Under the pieces are notes generated by a model, which saw only the letters and a list, made by a program, of their open reading frames with translations, was not told where the DNA came from and did no database searches. DNA of 64,000 nt from Nitrospirota bacterium. GTDB lineage: Bacteria; Nitrospirota; Thermodesulfovibrionia; Thermodesulfovibrionales; JdFR-85. The DNA lies in contig JAADGG010000067.1 of assembly GCA_013152485.1 (NCBI GenBank), forward strand, positions 15,902 to 79,901, in the 5' to 3' direction. A program made the translations under genes and the position numbers. This document shows, one piece after another, positions 27,674 through 37,247 of this stretch (the first letter of the stretch is position 1; each line of letters begins with the position of its first letter).

Positions 27674-29125
27674 CTGGGAATACTGGAGAAGACCTTCCGG
27701 CTTGCCGACAACGGCACGTCCATCCGGACCGAGGTGATCGCGGGAGTGACCACCTTCCTGACCATGGCCTACATAATCGTGCTTCAACCGATGGTCCTCT
27801 CGGGAAAGATGTTCGGCTTCGATACAGGGATGGATTTCGGTGCAGTCATGACCGCCACGTGCATTTCGGCAGCCGTCTCCACCCTGATAATGGCGCTTTA
27901 TGCGCGTTATCCGATAGCCCAGGCCCCCGGCATGGGTGAGAATTTCTTCTTCGTCTTCTCCGTCCTTCCCGGCATTGCAGCGGCCGGTTTTTCGAATGCC
28001 TGGCAGGTTGGCCTGGGCGTGGTATTCGTTTCAGGGGTGCTCTTTCTTTTGCTGTCCGTTGCCGGTGTGCGCGAGATGATCGTGAACGCCGTCAGCCCGA
28101 GCATGAAGAATGCGATGGCCGTGGGGATAGGGTTGTTCATCGCGTTCATCGGCCTGCAGAACGCAGGTCTCATCGTCAGCGCGGCTTCGATAGTGACGAC
28201 ACCCGCAGGACCTGTCATAAGTCCGGGCACACTCGTCAAGCTAAATACGCACCTTGTCTTCATAGACGCGGCCGTATTCTTCACGGGCTTGCTGGTTACG
28301 GCTGTGCTTCATGTCCGCAGGGTACGCGGTTCCATACTCCTCGGCATACTGAGTACAACGGCCTTGTCCGTTGCCCTGAAGTTTCTCATGTCCGCATCCC
28401 CGGTCGCAGCTTCACCGGTCTTTGCGGACTCCATGCTCGCAGCCCGGTTCAGGCTCGCCGACGGCATATTTTCGATGCCGCCCTCCATTGCTCCCACCTT
28501 CTTCAGGATGGACATTGCAGATGCCCTGTCTCTATCGATGTTGCCGTTCATCCTCATCTTCCTGTTCATGGACGTCTTCGATACCATAGGCACACTGATA
28601 GGAGTGAGCGAGCAGGCCGGATTCATAAGGGACAACAGGCTTCCACGTGCCAGGGAGGCGATGCTGTCCGATGCCATAGGGACCGTCAGCGGGGCCGTGC
28701 TCGGGACGAGCACGGTAACGAGTTTCATCGAGAGCGCAGCAGGAGTTGAACAGGGCGGCCGGACGGGGCTTACCGGTGTCACTGTTGCGCTGCTCTTTGT
28801 GGTGGCGCTGTTCTTCAGTCCCCTCGTGATGATGATAAGCAGCTATCCCGTCATCACGGCACCCGCGCTCGTCGTTGTAGGGGCGATGATGATGAGGAAC
28901 GTTTCGAGGATAGACTGGGCCGACTACAGCGAATCGGTTCCCGCGTTCCTGATGATCATAGGGATTCCGCTGAGCTACTCCATTGCGGACGGACTGACCC
29001 TCGGGTTCGTTACATACCCACTCATAAAGCTGCTGAGCGGCAGGGGCCGGGAAGTCGGTCTGTTCATGTACGGGCTCGCTGTCGTGCTTGCGCTGTATTT
29101 CATCTTTGTGCGATCCGCGATATAG
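27674..29125 (+). CDS. NCS2/AzgA-family purine (adenine/guanine/hypoxanthine) permease. The 5' end is uncertain and the start is non-canonical.
   Basis: The conserved N-terminus (..ILEKTFRLADNGTSIRTEVIAGVTTFLTMAYI..) is encoded upstream of the first GTG (27734). That stretch contains only CTG (27674, 27683) or ATA (27680) as possible starts. Confidence 0.85.
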   Translation: MGILEKTFRLADNGTSIRTEVIAGVTTFLTMAYIIVLQPMVLSGKMFGFDTGMDFGAVMTATCISAAVSTLIMALYARYPIAQAPGMGENFFFVFSVLPGIAAAGFSNAWQVGLGVVFVSGVLFLLLSVAGVREMIVNAVSPSMKNAMAVGIGLFIAFIGLQNAGLIVSAASIVTTPAGPVISPGTLVKLNTHLVFIDAAVFFTGLLVTAVLHVRRVRGSILLGILSTTALSVALKFLMSASPVAASPVFADSMLAARFRLADGIFSMPPSIAPTFFRMDIADALSLSMLPFILIFLFMDVFDTIGTLIGVSEQAGFIRDNRLPRAREAMLSDAIGTVSGAVLGTSTVTSFIESAAGVEQGGRTGLTGVTVALLFVVALFFSPLVMMISSYPVITAPALVVVGAMMMRNVSRIDWADYSESVPAFLMIIGIPLSYSIADGLTLGFVTYPLIKLLSGRGREVGLFMYGLAVVLALYFIFVRSAI

Positions 29126-29132
29126 GCTTCCT

Positions 29133-29507
29133 CTATATCTTCGTGATCGTTATCCTGGGTTCGGACTTCGCCTCTATGAGTTCCTTGGCGTCTCCCGTTA
29201 TCCTGCCGACGATGTTCACCTCGCTTGCGGGAACGGGCTCGGGCCCGGTGCTCAGCGGCGTAGGGCCGAAGAATATCGCCAATGCGCGGCCCGGGGGCCA
29301 GTAGCCCAGGTCGCCGACCCTTACCTCTGTTGTTGCGGTATCATCGGAAGGCATGTCGACCGGTATCTCGAAGTAGAACTCGTCCCCCCATACGTTGAAG
29401 GACGTCTCTATGGGAAGGCTCTCGGCAACGGCACGGGCCGTAGCCGTATCGAAGAGCTCTCCCTCCAGGACCACGTGGCCTGCCTTTATCATGATCCGTA
29501 CCGGCAT
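29133..29507 (-). CDS. Cyclophilin-like-fold family protein (uncharacterised)
   Basis: The 124 aa from the ATG at 29507 include ..IETSFNVWGDEFYFEIPV..GDLGYWPPGRALAIFFG.., which is typical of the cyclophilin-like superfamily of unknown function. Confidence 0.6.
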   Translation of the reverse strand: MPVRIMIKAGHVVLEGELFDTATARAVAESLPIETSFNVWGDEFYFEIPVDMPSDDTATTEVRVGDLGYWPPGRALAIFFGPTPLSTGPEPVPASEVNIVGRITGDAKELIEAKSEPRITITKI

Positions 29508-29588
29508 GGTTCTGTCTGAATTGTAGAAGAAAGGGAGGGCTTGATGCAACCCGGGGCATCCCGTGGTCCCGCCCCCACGGCATTGTTC

Positions 29589-29618
29589 TTGACATAAGTG
29601 CCCTCAAAAATTTATACT
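29589..29618 (+). promoter_or_regulatory. Candidate sigma-70 promoter for rpmH (TTGACA-N18-TATACT)
   Basis: TTGACA lies at 29589-29594 and TATACT at 29613-29618, about 55 nt upstream of the rpmH ATG. Confidence 0.5.
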
Positions 29619-29671
29619 TCATATCCGTGAACTGATCTGCAAATTCAAGGAAGAGACAAGGGGAAGATGAG

Positions 29672-29815
29672 ATGGGAGGAGCTTACACGACATATCACCC
29701 TCACAGGACGAAAAGGAAGAGGTCTCTCGGATTTCTCGTAAAGATGAGGACGAAGAACGGCCGGAAGGTCATAAAGAGAAGAAGGGCAAAAGGCCGCAAA
29801 AGATTGACCGTCTGA
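29672..29815 (+). CDS. rpmH: 50S ribosomal protein L34
   Basis: This 47-codon ORF is absent from the ORF track because it is shorter than 60 aa. The translation is [47 protein letters not shown]. Confidence 0.9.
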   Translation: MGGAYTTYHPHRTKRKRSLGFLVKMRTKNGRKVIKRRRAKGRKRLTV

Positions 29816-30147
29816 GGAAAACGAAGGATTTTCAGAAGGTCTTCAACTCCGGACGAAAGCATATTCTCAGATATGTAATCCTCTATGCCCTTCCCAACAG
29901 TCTGAATACCATAAGACTAGGCCTGGCCGTAAGTAAAAGGATAGGAAGTGCTGTTGTCAGAAACAGGACCAAGAGGTTGCTGAGAGAGGCGATGAGGCAG
30001 GCCGTCGGTGAGCGTGCCGGGAAAGAAGGAAGTCCGGGAGTATGCGGCTATGACATTGTACTGATTCCCCGAAGGCGTTGCATAGGTGCCAAGTCGTCGG
30101 ACTTGGTGCCGGAGCTGGCGGGGAAGATGGAAAGCTGCCTGAAATGA
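29812..30147 (+). CDS. rnpA: RNase P protein component. The 5' end is uncertain and no canonical start codon exists.
   Basis: Frame 1 encodes ..[42 protein letters not shown].., with the RNR motif. The frame is open back to a TGA at 29668 without any ATG, GTG or TTG. It overlaps the end of rpmH. Confidence 0.8.
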   Translation: MRKTKDFQKVFNSGRKHILRYVILYALPNSLNTIRLGLAVSKRIGSAVVRNRTKRLLREAMRQAVGERAGKEGSPGVCGYDIVLIPRRRCIGAKSSDLVPELAGKMESCLK

Positions 30148-30353
30148 AAAGACTCGGTATTTTACTTATAAAGGGTTACAAATTGCTGCTCTCTCCTCTC
30201 ATGCCGCAGAGCTGCAGATTCGTTCCAACCTGTTCTGATTATTCAATAGAGGCAATCAACAAGTATGGAGCCTTGAGAGGCGGGTTGCTCTCGGTAAAGA
30301 GAATACTAAAGTGCCACCCTTTCCACCCGGGTGGATATGATCCGGTGAAATAG
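30144..30353 (+). CDS. yidD: Membrane protein insertion efficiency factor YidD
   Basis: The translation [46 protein letters not shown] matches YidD. An ATGA overlap couples it to the rnpA stop. Confidence 0.9.
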   Translation: MKRLGILLIKGYKLLLSPLMPQSCRFVPTCSDYSIEAINKYGALRGGLLSVKRILKCHPFHPGGYDPVK

Positions 30354-30363
30354 GTACCTGACG

Positions 30364-31932
30364 ATGGATGAAAATTTCGAAAAGAGGATGCTGATAGCTA
30401 TCGTACTCACCCTTGTGGTTCTTCTCGGGTATCAGTTTTTTCTTGCTCCAAAGCCTCCGGCCCAAAGACCTGAAGAGATCCCCGACATCGTCAAGGAGAT
30501 TCCACGGAGGGCGGAGGACATACCGCCCGTCGAGAAGCCGAACCTGCTCGTCCCCGAGAACGCAAAGACTTCAGAGGAGAAACTAATAAGGGTCGAGACT
30601 CCGCTCTATAGCGCCGTCTTTTCATCGCGGGGCGGAACCATCAAGAAGTGGCAGCTGAAGAAGTACAGGGACGACTCCGGACTCGAAGTGATCCTGATGA
30701 GGCCTGATGCAAAGGTGTCGGCACTGGCCATGGGGACCGACGGTGAAAACTTCGTTTTCGACGAGATAAACTTTGCGGTTACCGGTGTGAGCGGCGACAT
30801 CCATCTGAAGGATGCAGGAGACCGTGCCGTGCTCTCGTTCGTCTACAGGGGAGACGGCATTGCAATAAAGAGGACCTATACTGTCTCGGCCGACAACTAT
30901 GATATAGAGCTTGTCGAGGAGGTGCAGGGTCCCGATAATTACTGGCTGACCCTCGGCAGCGGCTTCGGCATATCCGGGGCGGAGGGTTACGGCGGACATA
31001 TAGGTCCTGTTGTCCTCAAGGATGCCGACAGGGTCGAGATCAAGCCCAACAAGCTGAAAGAACCCAGGGTTTTCGGCCCGGAGCTCAAATGGATCGCTCA
31101 GGAGGACAAGTACTTCTTTGCCTCCGTCGTTCCCCTCGGGAAAGCCGTCGGGGCAAAGGTCTGGCGCAGCAGTAACGGGGAGGTGCTCGTTGCAGTCAAT
31201 CTTCCCGCGGGAAAGAACAAGCTTCTTCTTTATGCCGGCCCGAAGGAGCATGACCGGCTGAAGAGTTTCGGTGTCGGTCTCGAGTATATCGTAGACTTCG
31301 GATTCTTCTCGATACTCGCTCGTCCCCTCTTCTGGATACTCAAGCTGTTCTACAGGATCATCGGCAACTACGGCTGGTCGATAGCGCTTCTCACGATCCT
31401 TGTGAGGATACCTTTCATTCCGCTCATCAACAAGGGGCAGAGGTCCATGAAGAAGCTCCAGGCGCTTCAGCCGAAGATGAACGAGATAAGGCAGAAGTAC
31501 AAGAAGGACCCTCAGAAGATGCAGAGGGAGATGATGGAGCTTTACAAGAAGTACAAGGTGAATCCCATGAGCGGATGCCTGCCCATGCTCATACAGATTC
31601 CGGTCTTCTTCGCCCTCTACAAGGTGCTTCTTGTTGCAATAGAGTTGAGGCGGGCACCCTTCATCTTCTGGATACAGGACCTCTCGGAGAAGGATCCCTA
31701 CTACATACTGCCTATCATCATGGGGATCACGATGTTCATCCAGCAGAAGATGACGCCGACGACCATGGAGTCACAGCAGCAGAAGATAATGAATTATCTG
31801 CCCGTCATCTTTACCTTCCTCTTCCTGAACTTCCCCTCAGGGCTCGTGCTCTACTGGCTCGTAAGCAACCTCTTGAGCATACTTCAGCAGTACTTCGTCA
31901 ACAGAAAGGTTGCAAGCGAAGGAAACGCATAG
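30364..31932 (+). CDS. yidC: Membrane protein insertase YidC
   Basis: The 522-aa protein has an N-terminal TM segment, a large periplasmic domain and a conserved C-terminal 5-TM core (..GCLPMLIQIPVFFALY..). Confidence 0.95.
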   Translation: MDENFEKRMLIAIVLTLVVLLGYQFFLAPKPPAQRPEEIPDIVKEIPRRAEDIPPVEKPNLLVPENAKTSEEKLIRVETPLYSAVFSSRGGTIKKWQLKKYRDDSGLEVILMRPDAKVSALAMGTDGENFVFDEINFAVTGVSGDIHLKDAGDRAVLSFVYRGDGIAIKRTYTVSADNYDIELVEEVQGPDNYWLTLGSGFGISGAEGYGGHIGPVVLKDADRVEIKPNKLKEPRVFGPELKWIAQEDKYFFASVVPLGKAVGAKVWRSSNGEVLVAVNLPAGKNKLLLYAGPKEHDRLKSFGVGLEYIVDFGFFSILARPLFWILKLFYRIIGNYGWSIALLTILVRIPFIPLINKGQRSMKKLQALQPKMNEIRQKYKKDPQKMQREMMELYKKYKVNPMSGCLPMLIQIPVFFALYKVLLVAIELRRAPFIFWIQDLSEKDPYYILPIIMGITMFIQQKMTPTTMESQQQKIMNYLPVIFTFLFLNFPSGLVLYWLVSNLLSILQQYFVNRKVASEGNA

Positions 31933-32001
31933 AGGGCAGGGTTGCAGCGAGCGGATACGGACGCGGACCCTGTGCCGGGTCCACTACGACGTGATCTGTC
32001 T

Positions 32002-32391
32002 TCACCTTCTGAACAGCTTGAGCTCCCCTTCTGCAACGAGGGTTCCATCGGTCTTCTTCACTGTAGCGGTTCCTGCTATCAGCCGTCCCCTGAGCGGCCT
32101 GACCGTGGCCTCGATTTCACACGGATTTCCTATAATGAGCGGATTTCTGAACCTGACGCGCAGTTCGACCGTAACGGCCTGAATGCCCAGTGATGATGCC
32201 GCCTTGACGGCAGCTTCGTCGATGAGCGTGCTGATAAGTCCGCCGTGGAGAATGCCCCTGTACCCTTGATGCCTTTTGTCCGGAAGGTATACGGTGCTGG
32301 CATGACCGTTCGATGCCCGGAAGTCGAGTCTCAACCCGTGGGGGTTGCCTTTTCCACATACGAAGCATGTCCCGTCGTCAGTGAGTTCCAT
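32002..32391 (-). CDS. PaaI-family hotdog-fold thioesterase
   Basis: The 129-aa protein has ..CFVCG..NPHGL.. and ..LHGGLISTLIDEA.., the hotdog-fold motifs. Confidence 0.75.
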   Translation of the reverse strand: MELTDDGTCFVCGKGNPHGLRLDFRASNGHASTVYLPDKRHQGYRGILHGGLISTLIDEAAVKAASSLGIQAVTVELRVRFRNPLIIGNPCEIEATVRPLRGRLIAGTATVKKTDGTLVAEGELKLFRR

Positions 32392-32529
32392 GTCCTGTCC
32401 TGTGGTGTACGGCCGTTTCTCGCAGTGCCGTCCGGGGAGACGTTGATCAGGGCAAGGCGGCAGCGGACGGGGTCGCGTTGGGTGCAGCGGTATCGGAAAG
32501 AAACACGCTGCATGTCCCGCCGAGTACGG

Positions 32530-33789
32530 CTACTTGTTCATCATCTCGAGAAACTCCTTGTTCGTCTTCGTGCTCCTGAGCTTGCCGAGCAGGAACTCCA
32601 TGCTTTCGACCGTCCCGAGGGGGTTGAGCACCTTCCGGAGTATCCACATCTTGTTGAGCACGTCCTTTGCGACCAGGAGCTCCTCTTTTCTCGTGCCGGA
32701 GGCATTGATGTTGATGCTCGGGAATATCCTCTTCTCGACGAGCCGTCTGTCGAGGTGCAGTTCCATATTGCCCGTGCCCTTGAATTCCTCGAATATGACA
32801 TCATCCATACGGCTGCCCGTATCGACAAGTGCGGTGGCTATGATCGTCAAGCTGCCCCCGTTTTCGATGTTTCTCGCCGTACCGAAAAAGCGCTTGGGCT
32901 TCTGGAGGGCATGGGCGTCGAGGCCGCCTGAGAGGACCTTCCCGCTCGCTGGTATTATGGTGTTGTACGCGCGTGCGAGTCTGGTTATGCTGTCAAGGAG
33001 GATGACGACATCCCTCTTTATCTCCACAAGCCTCTTTGCCCGTTCGATGACCATCTCGGACACCTGTGTGTGTCTCTGGGGCGGCTCGTCGAACGTGGAG
33101 CCTATTATCTCTGCGGTTTCAACCTGCCTCCTCCAGTCCGTCACTTCTTCGGGCCTTTCGTCGATGAGCAGTATGATCAGGTGTATTTCGGGCTGGTTCT
33201 TCTTGATCGCCTTGGCGATCGACTGAAGGAGCATGGTCTTTCCGGTCCTTGGCGCGGCCACTATCATGCCCCTCTGTCCCTTTCCGACAGGCGTGATCAG
33301 GTCCATAACCCTGGTGGAATAATCATTCGAGCTGTACTCGAGGTTGATCTTTTCCGTGGGGTAGTAGGGAACGAGATTGTCAAAGAGCGGACGCGTTATG
33401 TTGTCGTCGGGCGGCTCGTGATTTATGGCCTCGACCTTCAGCAGCGCGAAATACCGCTCACTCTCCTTCGGGGGACGTATCTGTCCTGATACGAGGTCTC
33501 CGGTCCGCAGGTTGAATCGTCTTATCTGCGAGGGGGACACGTATATGTCGTCGGGGCTCGGCAGGTAACTGTAGTCAGGGGAACGGAGGAACCCGAACCC
33601 GTCGGGGAGTATCTCGAGGACCCCCTCGGCAAAGAGGTTTCCCGTCTTCTCTGCCTGGGCATGCAGAATCGCGTATATCAACTCCTGTTTCCTCATTCCG
33701 GATATTCCGTCGATGCGCAGGTTGCGAGCTACCTGTGAGAGTTCCTCAATGGTCTTTTCCTTCAACTCAGAGATCGAGACATTACTCAT
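32530..33789 (-). CDS. rho: Transcription termination factor Rho
   Basis: It has the N-terminal ..[12 protein letters not shown].. segment, a Walker A motif (PRTGKT) and the RNA-binding and ATPase motifs. The ATG at 33789 lies 6 nt after GAAGGAG. Confidence 0.95.
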   Translation of the reverse strand: MSNVSISELKEKTIEELSQVARNLRIDGISGMRKQELIYAILHAQAEKTGNLFAEGVLEILPDGFGFLRSPDYSYLPSPDDIYVSPSQIRRFNLRTGDLVSGQIRPPKESERYFALLKVEAINHEPPDDNITRPLFDNLVPYYPTEKINLEYSSNDYSTRVMDLITPVGKGQRGMIVAAPRTGKTMLLQSIAKAIKKNQPEIHLIILLIDERPEEVTDWRRQVETAEIIGSTFDEPPQRHTQVSEMVIERAKRLVEIKRDVVILLDSITRLARAYNTIIPASGKVLSGGLDAHALQKPKRFFGTARNIENGGSLTIIATALVDTGSRMDDVIFEEFKGTGNMELHLDRRLVEKRIFPSININASGTRKEELLVAKDVLNKMWILRKVLNPLGTVESMEFLLGKLRSTKTNKEFLEMMNK

Positions 33790-34437
33790 GATGCACTCCT
33801 TCAATATCTGTTAAGGTGTCAAGTCTTTCCAGATATGGATTACTTTAAGGAAGCCTACGGCTTCTTAGTTTATTCTTCAATAAACCTGAAGTTGTTTGTT
33901 TAACCTGATTATGCCGGCAGGTTTTCGGAACCATGAAATTTTATGAAAGAGGCTGGTATTCGTGATATTCTCAGCCGTTGAGTGCTACCTTTCATCTCCC
34001 GGGATTAGGGATAAAAGATGACGCCTTTCCAAGGAAGCCTGACGCCGTCACTATTGCCGATTGTCGGGCAAAACCATTAGTTGACAAAGGGATACCTGAT
34101 TCAACCAACTGAAGAAAACGATCCATTCTCTTTCGGTGTTTTTAGGTATGAACAGGAACCTGCATTCTCTCCCCCCTTGATACGGCAGGAGCTACGTGTA
34201 CACAATAGTTAAGTCCTGATTATATCCTGAAGAGACCTCAAATGCAGTGCTTCTCTCTCAATTCTACTGTATAGAGTACTACAAAGAAAAAAGTTTGTCA
34301 ACTCTTCGAGGCAACGCGCCCTTTTGGTCCGCCTGCCTGATCCGGCGTCAGGGTTGATTTTGTGGTGCTCAAAATAGGACAATAAGTAGTCCGGTTCTTC
34401 AGGTTGCCCAAAAAATCCCATTGCTGGAGGTATTACG

Positions 34438-34665
34438 ATGCTTGACAGGACGAAGGTTGAAGAGGTCATAAACAGGATCAGGCCTGCGCTTCAGAGAGAC
34501 GGCGGAGACGTCGAACTCGTTGAGATCACCGACGACAATGTAGTGAAGGTGAGGCTCGTCGGCGCCTGCGGTACATGTCCGATGTCGATCATGACGCTCA
34601 AGGGCGGCATCGAGGCTGCAATGAAGCAGGATATCCCCGAGGTCAAGGCCGTAGAGGCTGTGTAG
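34438..34665 (+). CDS. NifU C-terminal-domain-like Fe-S assembly protein
   Basis: The 75-aa protein has ..RPALQRDGGDVELVE.. and ..GACGTCPMS.. Confidence 0.8.
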   Translation: MLDRTKVEEVINRIRPALQRDGGDVELVEITDDNVVKVRLVGACGTCPMSIMTLKGGIEAAMKQDIPEVKAVEAV

Positions 34666-34711
34666 GCAAAGAGACAATGCGAGGCATTCCCTCCTCCGCC
34701 GACCGGGTATT

Positions 34712-35029
34712 TCAGCCGGTCAGCTCATGCCCGAGCCATTTCAGATACTCCGTGGAGCCCTCTGTTATGGAGAGAGAGATTATCTCGGGCACACTGTAGG
34801 AATGCAGCTCCTTCACCCTCTTCTCAAGCGAAGCGAAGCGGTCCGTGCTCGTCTTTACGACCATGAGCACCTCGTGTTCATCCTCGATCTTGCCTTCCCA
34901 GCTGTAGATGGAGCGTATCCCCTTCACGATGTTGACACACCCGGCAAGCCTCTCTTCAACTAAAGTCCTCGCTATCCTCGCAGCTTCCTCCTCATCAGGC
35001 GCTGTGATGAAGACGACCGAATAAGCCAT
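34712..35029 (-). CDS. cutA: Divalent-cation tolerance protein CutA
   Basis: The 105-aa protein has ..LAGCVNIV..IRSIYSWEGKIE.. Confidence 0.85.
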   Translation of the reverse strand: MAYSVVFITAPDEEEAARIARTLVEERLAGCVNIVKGIRSIYSWEGKIEDEHEVLMVVKTSTDRFASLEKRVKELHSYSVPEIISLSITEGSTEYLKWLGHELTG

Positions 35030-35210
35030 GTGTGACCTCCTTTATCAAGGTTGTGCCGGAAAAGATCGCCCGGCCGCAGTCTCTCCCTTCAGTGCCTGAC
35101 GCACCGTCGTCGTCAGACCGGACTACTATTATATCAGGTCGGCGGCATCATTTGGCGCCGCTGGATCATCGCAGTATACAGACGGTGCGGCCTCTGCTAT
35201 AATAGTCCCT

Positions 35211-37247
35211 ATGAACAAGATCCTGTCGGTCTGTCCTTACTGCGGCTGCGGTTGCGGTCTTTACATCCATGTGGAGGATGGACGGATCACGGGTGTCTCG
35301 CCGAGCAGGACCCATCCGGTAAACAGGGGAAGCCTCTGCGTAAAGGGCTGGAACGCCCATGAGTTCGTTGCACATCCCGACAGGCTCGAGACTCCGCTCA
35401 TAAGGGATGCCGGCGGCTTCAGGAGGGCTACATGGAACGAGGCACTGACGCTCATAGCGGAGCGCCTCGAGGGGATCCGGGCGGAACACGGGCCTGACTC
35501 CATAGGGGTTCTCAGTTCGGCGAAGTGTACGAACGAGGAGAACTTTCTGATGATGAAGTTCGCAAGGGCGGTGCTCGGCACGAACAACATAGATCACTGT
35601 GCCAGGCTCTGTCACTCCTCCACCGTGGGTGGCTTGGCTGCCGCCTTCGGCTCCGGTGCGATGACCAACTCCATAAGCGAGATCGCTGATGCAAGTCTCC
35701 TCTTCGTGATCGGATCTAACACCACCGAGCAGCACCCGATGATCGCAATGCATATGCTTGCGGCCGTTGACCGCGGTGCAACGCTGATAGTCGCAGACCC
35801 CCGCAGGACGCAGATAGCGGAGTTCGCCCATATACACCTCAGGCACCGCAGCGGCACGGACGTCGCCCTCCTGATGGGAATAATGAACGTCATAGTGGGC
35901 GAGGGGCTCGTGGATGCAGACTTCGTCAGGAGGAGGACGGAGAATTTCGACTCCTTTGCAGAGGAGCTCAAGCGTTTCACGCCGGCGGCCGTCGAGGAGA
36001 TTACCGGGGTGAAGGCAAACGACATAAGACGCGTTGCAAGGGTCTATGCCATGGAGAAGCGCTCCATGCTCTTCTATGCGATGGGAATCACACAGCATAT
36101 AACCGGTGTCGACAATGTCAGGGCCTGTGCCAATCTCGTCATGCTCTCCGGACACATAGGCCTGCCGATGTCCGGCATAAATCCCTTGAGGGGCCAGAAC
36201 AACGTACAGGGTGCCTGTGATATGGGGGCCCTGCCGAACGTGTACAGCGGATACCAGAAGGTTGCAGACCCGCGGGCGAGGAGGAAGTTCGAGAGGGCAT
36301 GGCGGAAGCGGCTCCCGGCTGCCCCCGGACTGACGATAATGGAGATGATGGAGGCGGCACGTGCGGGCAGGCTGAGGGCGATGTACGTAATGGGTGAGAA
36401 CCCTCTGCTGTCCGACCCCGATATAAATCATGTCAGGGAAGCGATCGAGAGGATGGAGTTCCTCGTTGTTCAGGACATATTTCCGAACGAGACCTCGGAG
36501 CTTGCCGACGTGATACTTCCCGCTGCGTCGTTTGCCGAGAAGGAAGGGACCTTCACGAACACGGAGCGGAGGGTGCAGCTTATCAGGAGGGCTGTCGCAC
36601 CGGTCGGCGAGGCGATGCCTGACGGAGACATCATTTGTGCCCTTGCAGCGAGGATGGGATACAGCATGTCCTACAGGGGCGCCTACGAGGTGATGGAGGA
36701 GATAGCTCTTCTGACTCCCTCTTACGGCGGCATACTACATCACAGGCTCTCCGAAGGGTTCGGACTGCAATGGCCGTGTCCAGACAGCAGTCATCCCGGC
36801 ACCCCCTACCTGCACAGAAAGAAGTTCGCCAAGGGGCTCGGCACGTTCATTCAGGTGGACTTCCTGCCGCCTGACGAGCCGCCTGATGACGACTTTCCCT
36901 TTCTGCTCACCACCGGGCGTCTTTACTTCCACTATCATACAGGGACGATGTGCCGCAGGACCGCTGTGCTTGAACGGGAAGAGCCCGAGTGTCTTGTGGA
37001 GATAAACCCGGCAGATGCAGAGAGGCTCGGCCTGAAAGACAGGTCAGTGGTGAGGGTGACGTCCAGGAGAGGTGCCATAGAGCCGAGGGTGCTCGTGACA
37101 TCCAGGGTTCCCGAAGGCACGGTCTTCATCCCGTTCCATTTCATTGAGGCAGCTGCAAACGTGTTGACGAACCCTGCAATGGATCCCGGGGCCAAGATCC
37201 CGGAGTACAAGGTCTGCGCGGTAAGACTGGAGAAGATCCGGACATGA
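35211..37247 (+). CDS. Cytoplasmic molybdopterin oxidoreductase, formate dehydrogenase alpha-like (Cys variant)
   Basis: It has the N-terminal 4Fe-4S motif CPYCGCGCGL..C, and the active-site region ..NIDHCARLCHSSTV.. shows the Fdh-type (U/C)-H pattern. No Tat signal is present. Confidence 0.8.
   Translation: MNKILSVCPYCGCGCGLYIHVEDGRITGVSPSRTHPVNRGSLCVKGWNAHEFVAHPDRLETPLIRDAGGFRRATWNEALTLIAERLEGIRAEHGPDSIGVLSSAKCTNEENFLMMKFARAVLGTNNIDHCARLCHSSTVGGLAAAFGSGAMTNSISEIADASLLFVIGSNTTEQHPMIAMHMLAAVDRGATLIVADPRRTQIAEFAHIHLRHRSGTDVALLMGIMNVIVGEGLVDADFVRRRTENFDSFAEELKRFTPAAVEEITGVKANDIRRVARVYAMEKRSMLFYAMGITQHITGVDNVRACANLVMLSGHIGLPMSGINPLRGQNNVQGACDMGALPNVYSGYQKVADPRARRKFERAWRKRLPAAPGLTIMEMMEAARAGRLRAMYVMGENPLLSDPDINHVREAIERMEFLVVQDIFPNETSELADVILPAASFAEKEGTFTNTERRVQLIRRAVAPVGEAMPDGDIICALAARMGYSMSYRGAYEVMEEIALLTPSYGGILHHRLSEGFGLQWPCPDSSHPGTPYLHRKKFAKGLGTFIQVDFLPPDEPPDDDFPFLLTTGRLYFHYHTGTMCRRTAVLEREEPECLVEINPADAERLGLKDRSVVRVTSRRGAIEPRVLVTSRVPEGTVFIPFHFIEAAANVLTNPAMDPGAKIPEYKVCAVRLEKIRT

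Noticed and set aside
29550-31932. The rpmH-rnpA-yidD-yidC cluster as a possible marker of the replication origin.
   Set aside because: There is no dnaA gene in the window and I saw no TTATCCACA-type DnaA boxes or AT-rich unwinding element in the flanking spacers. The upstream neighbour is an unrelated minus-strand gene.
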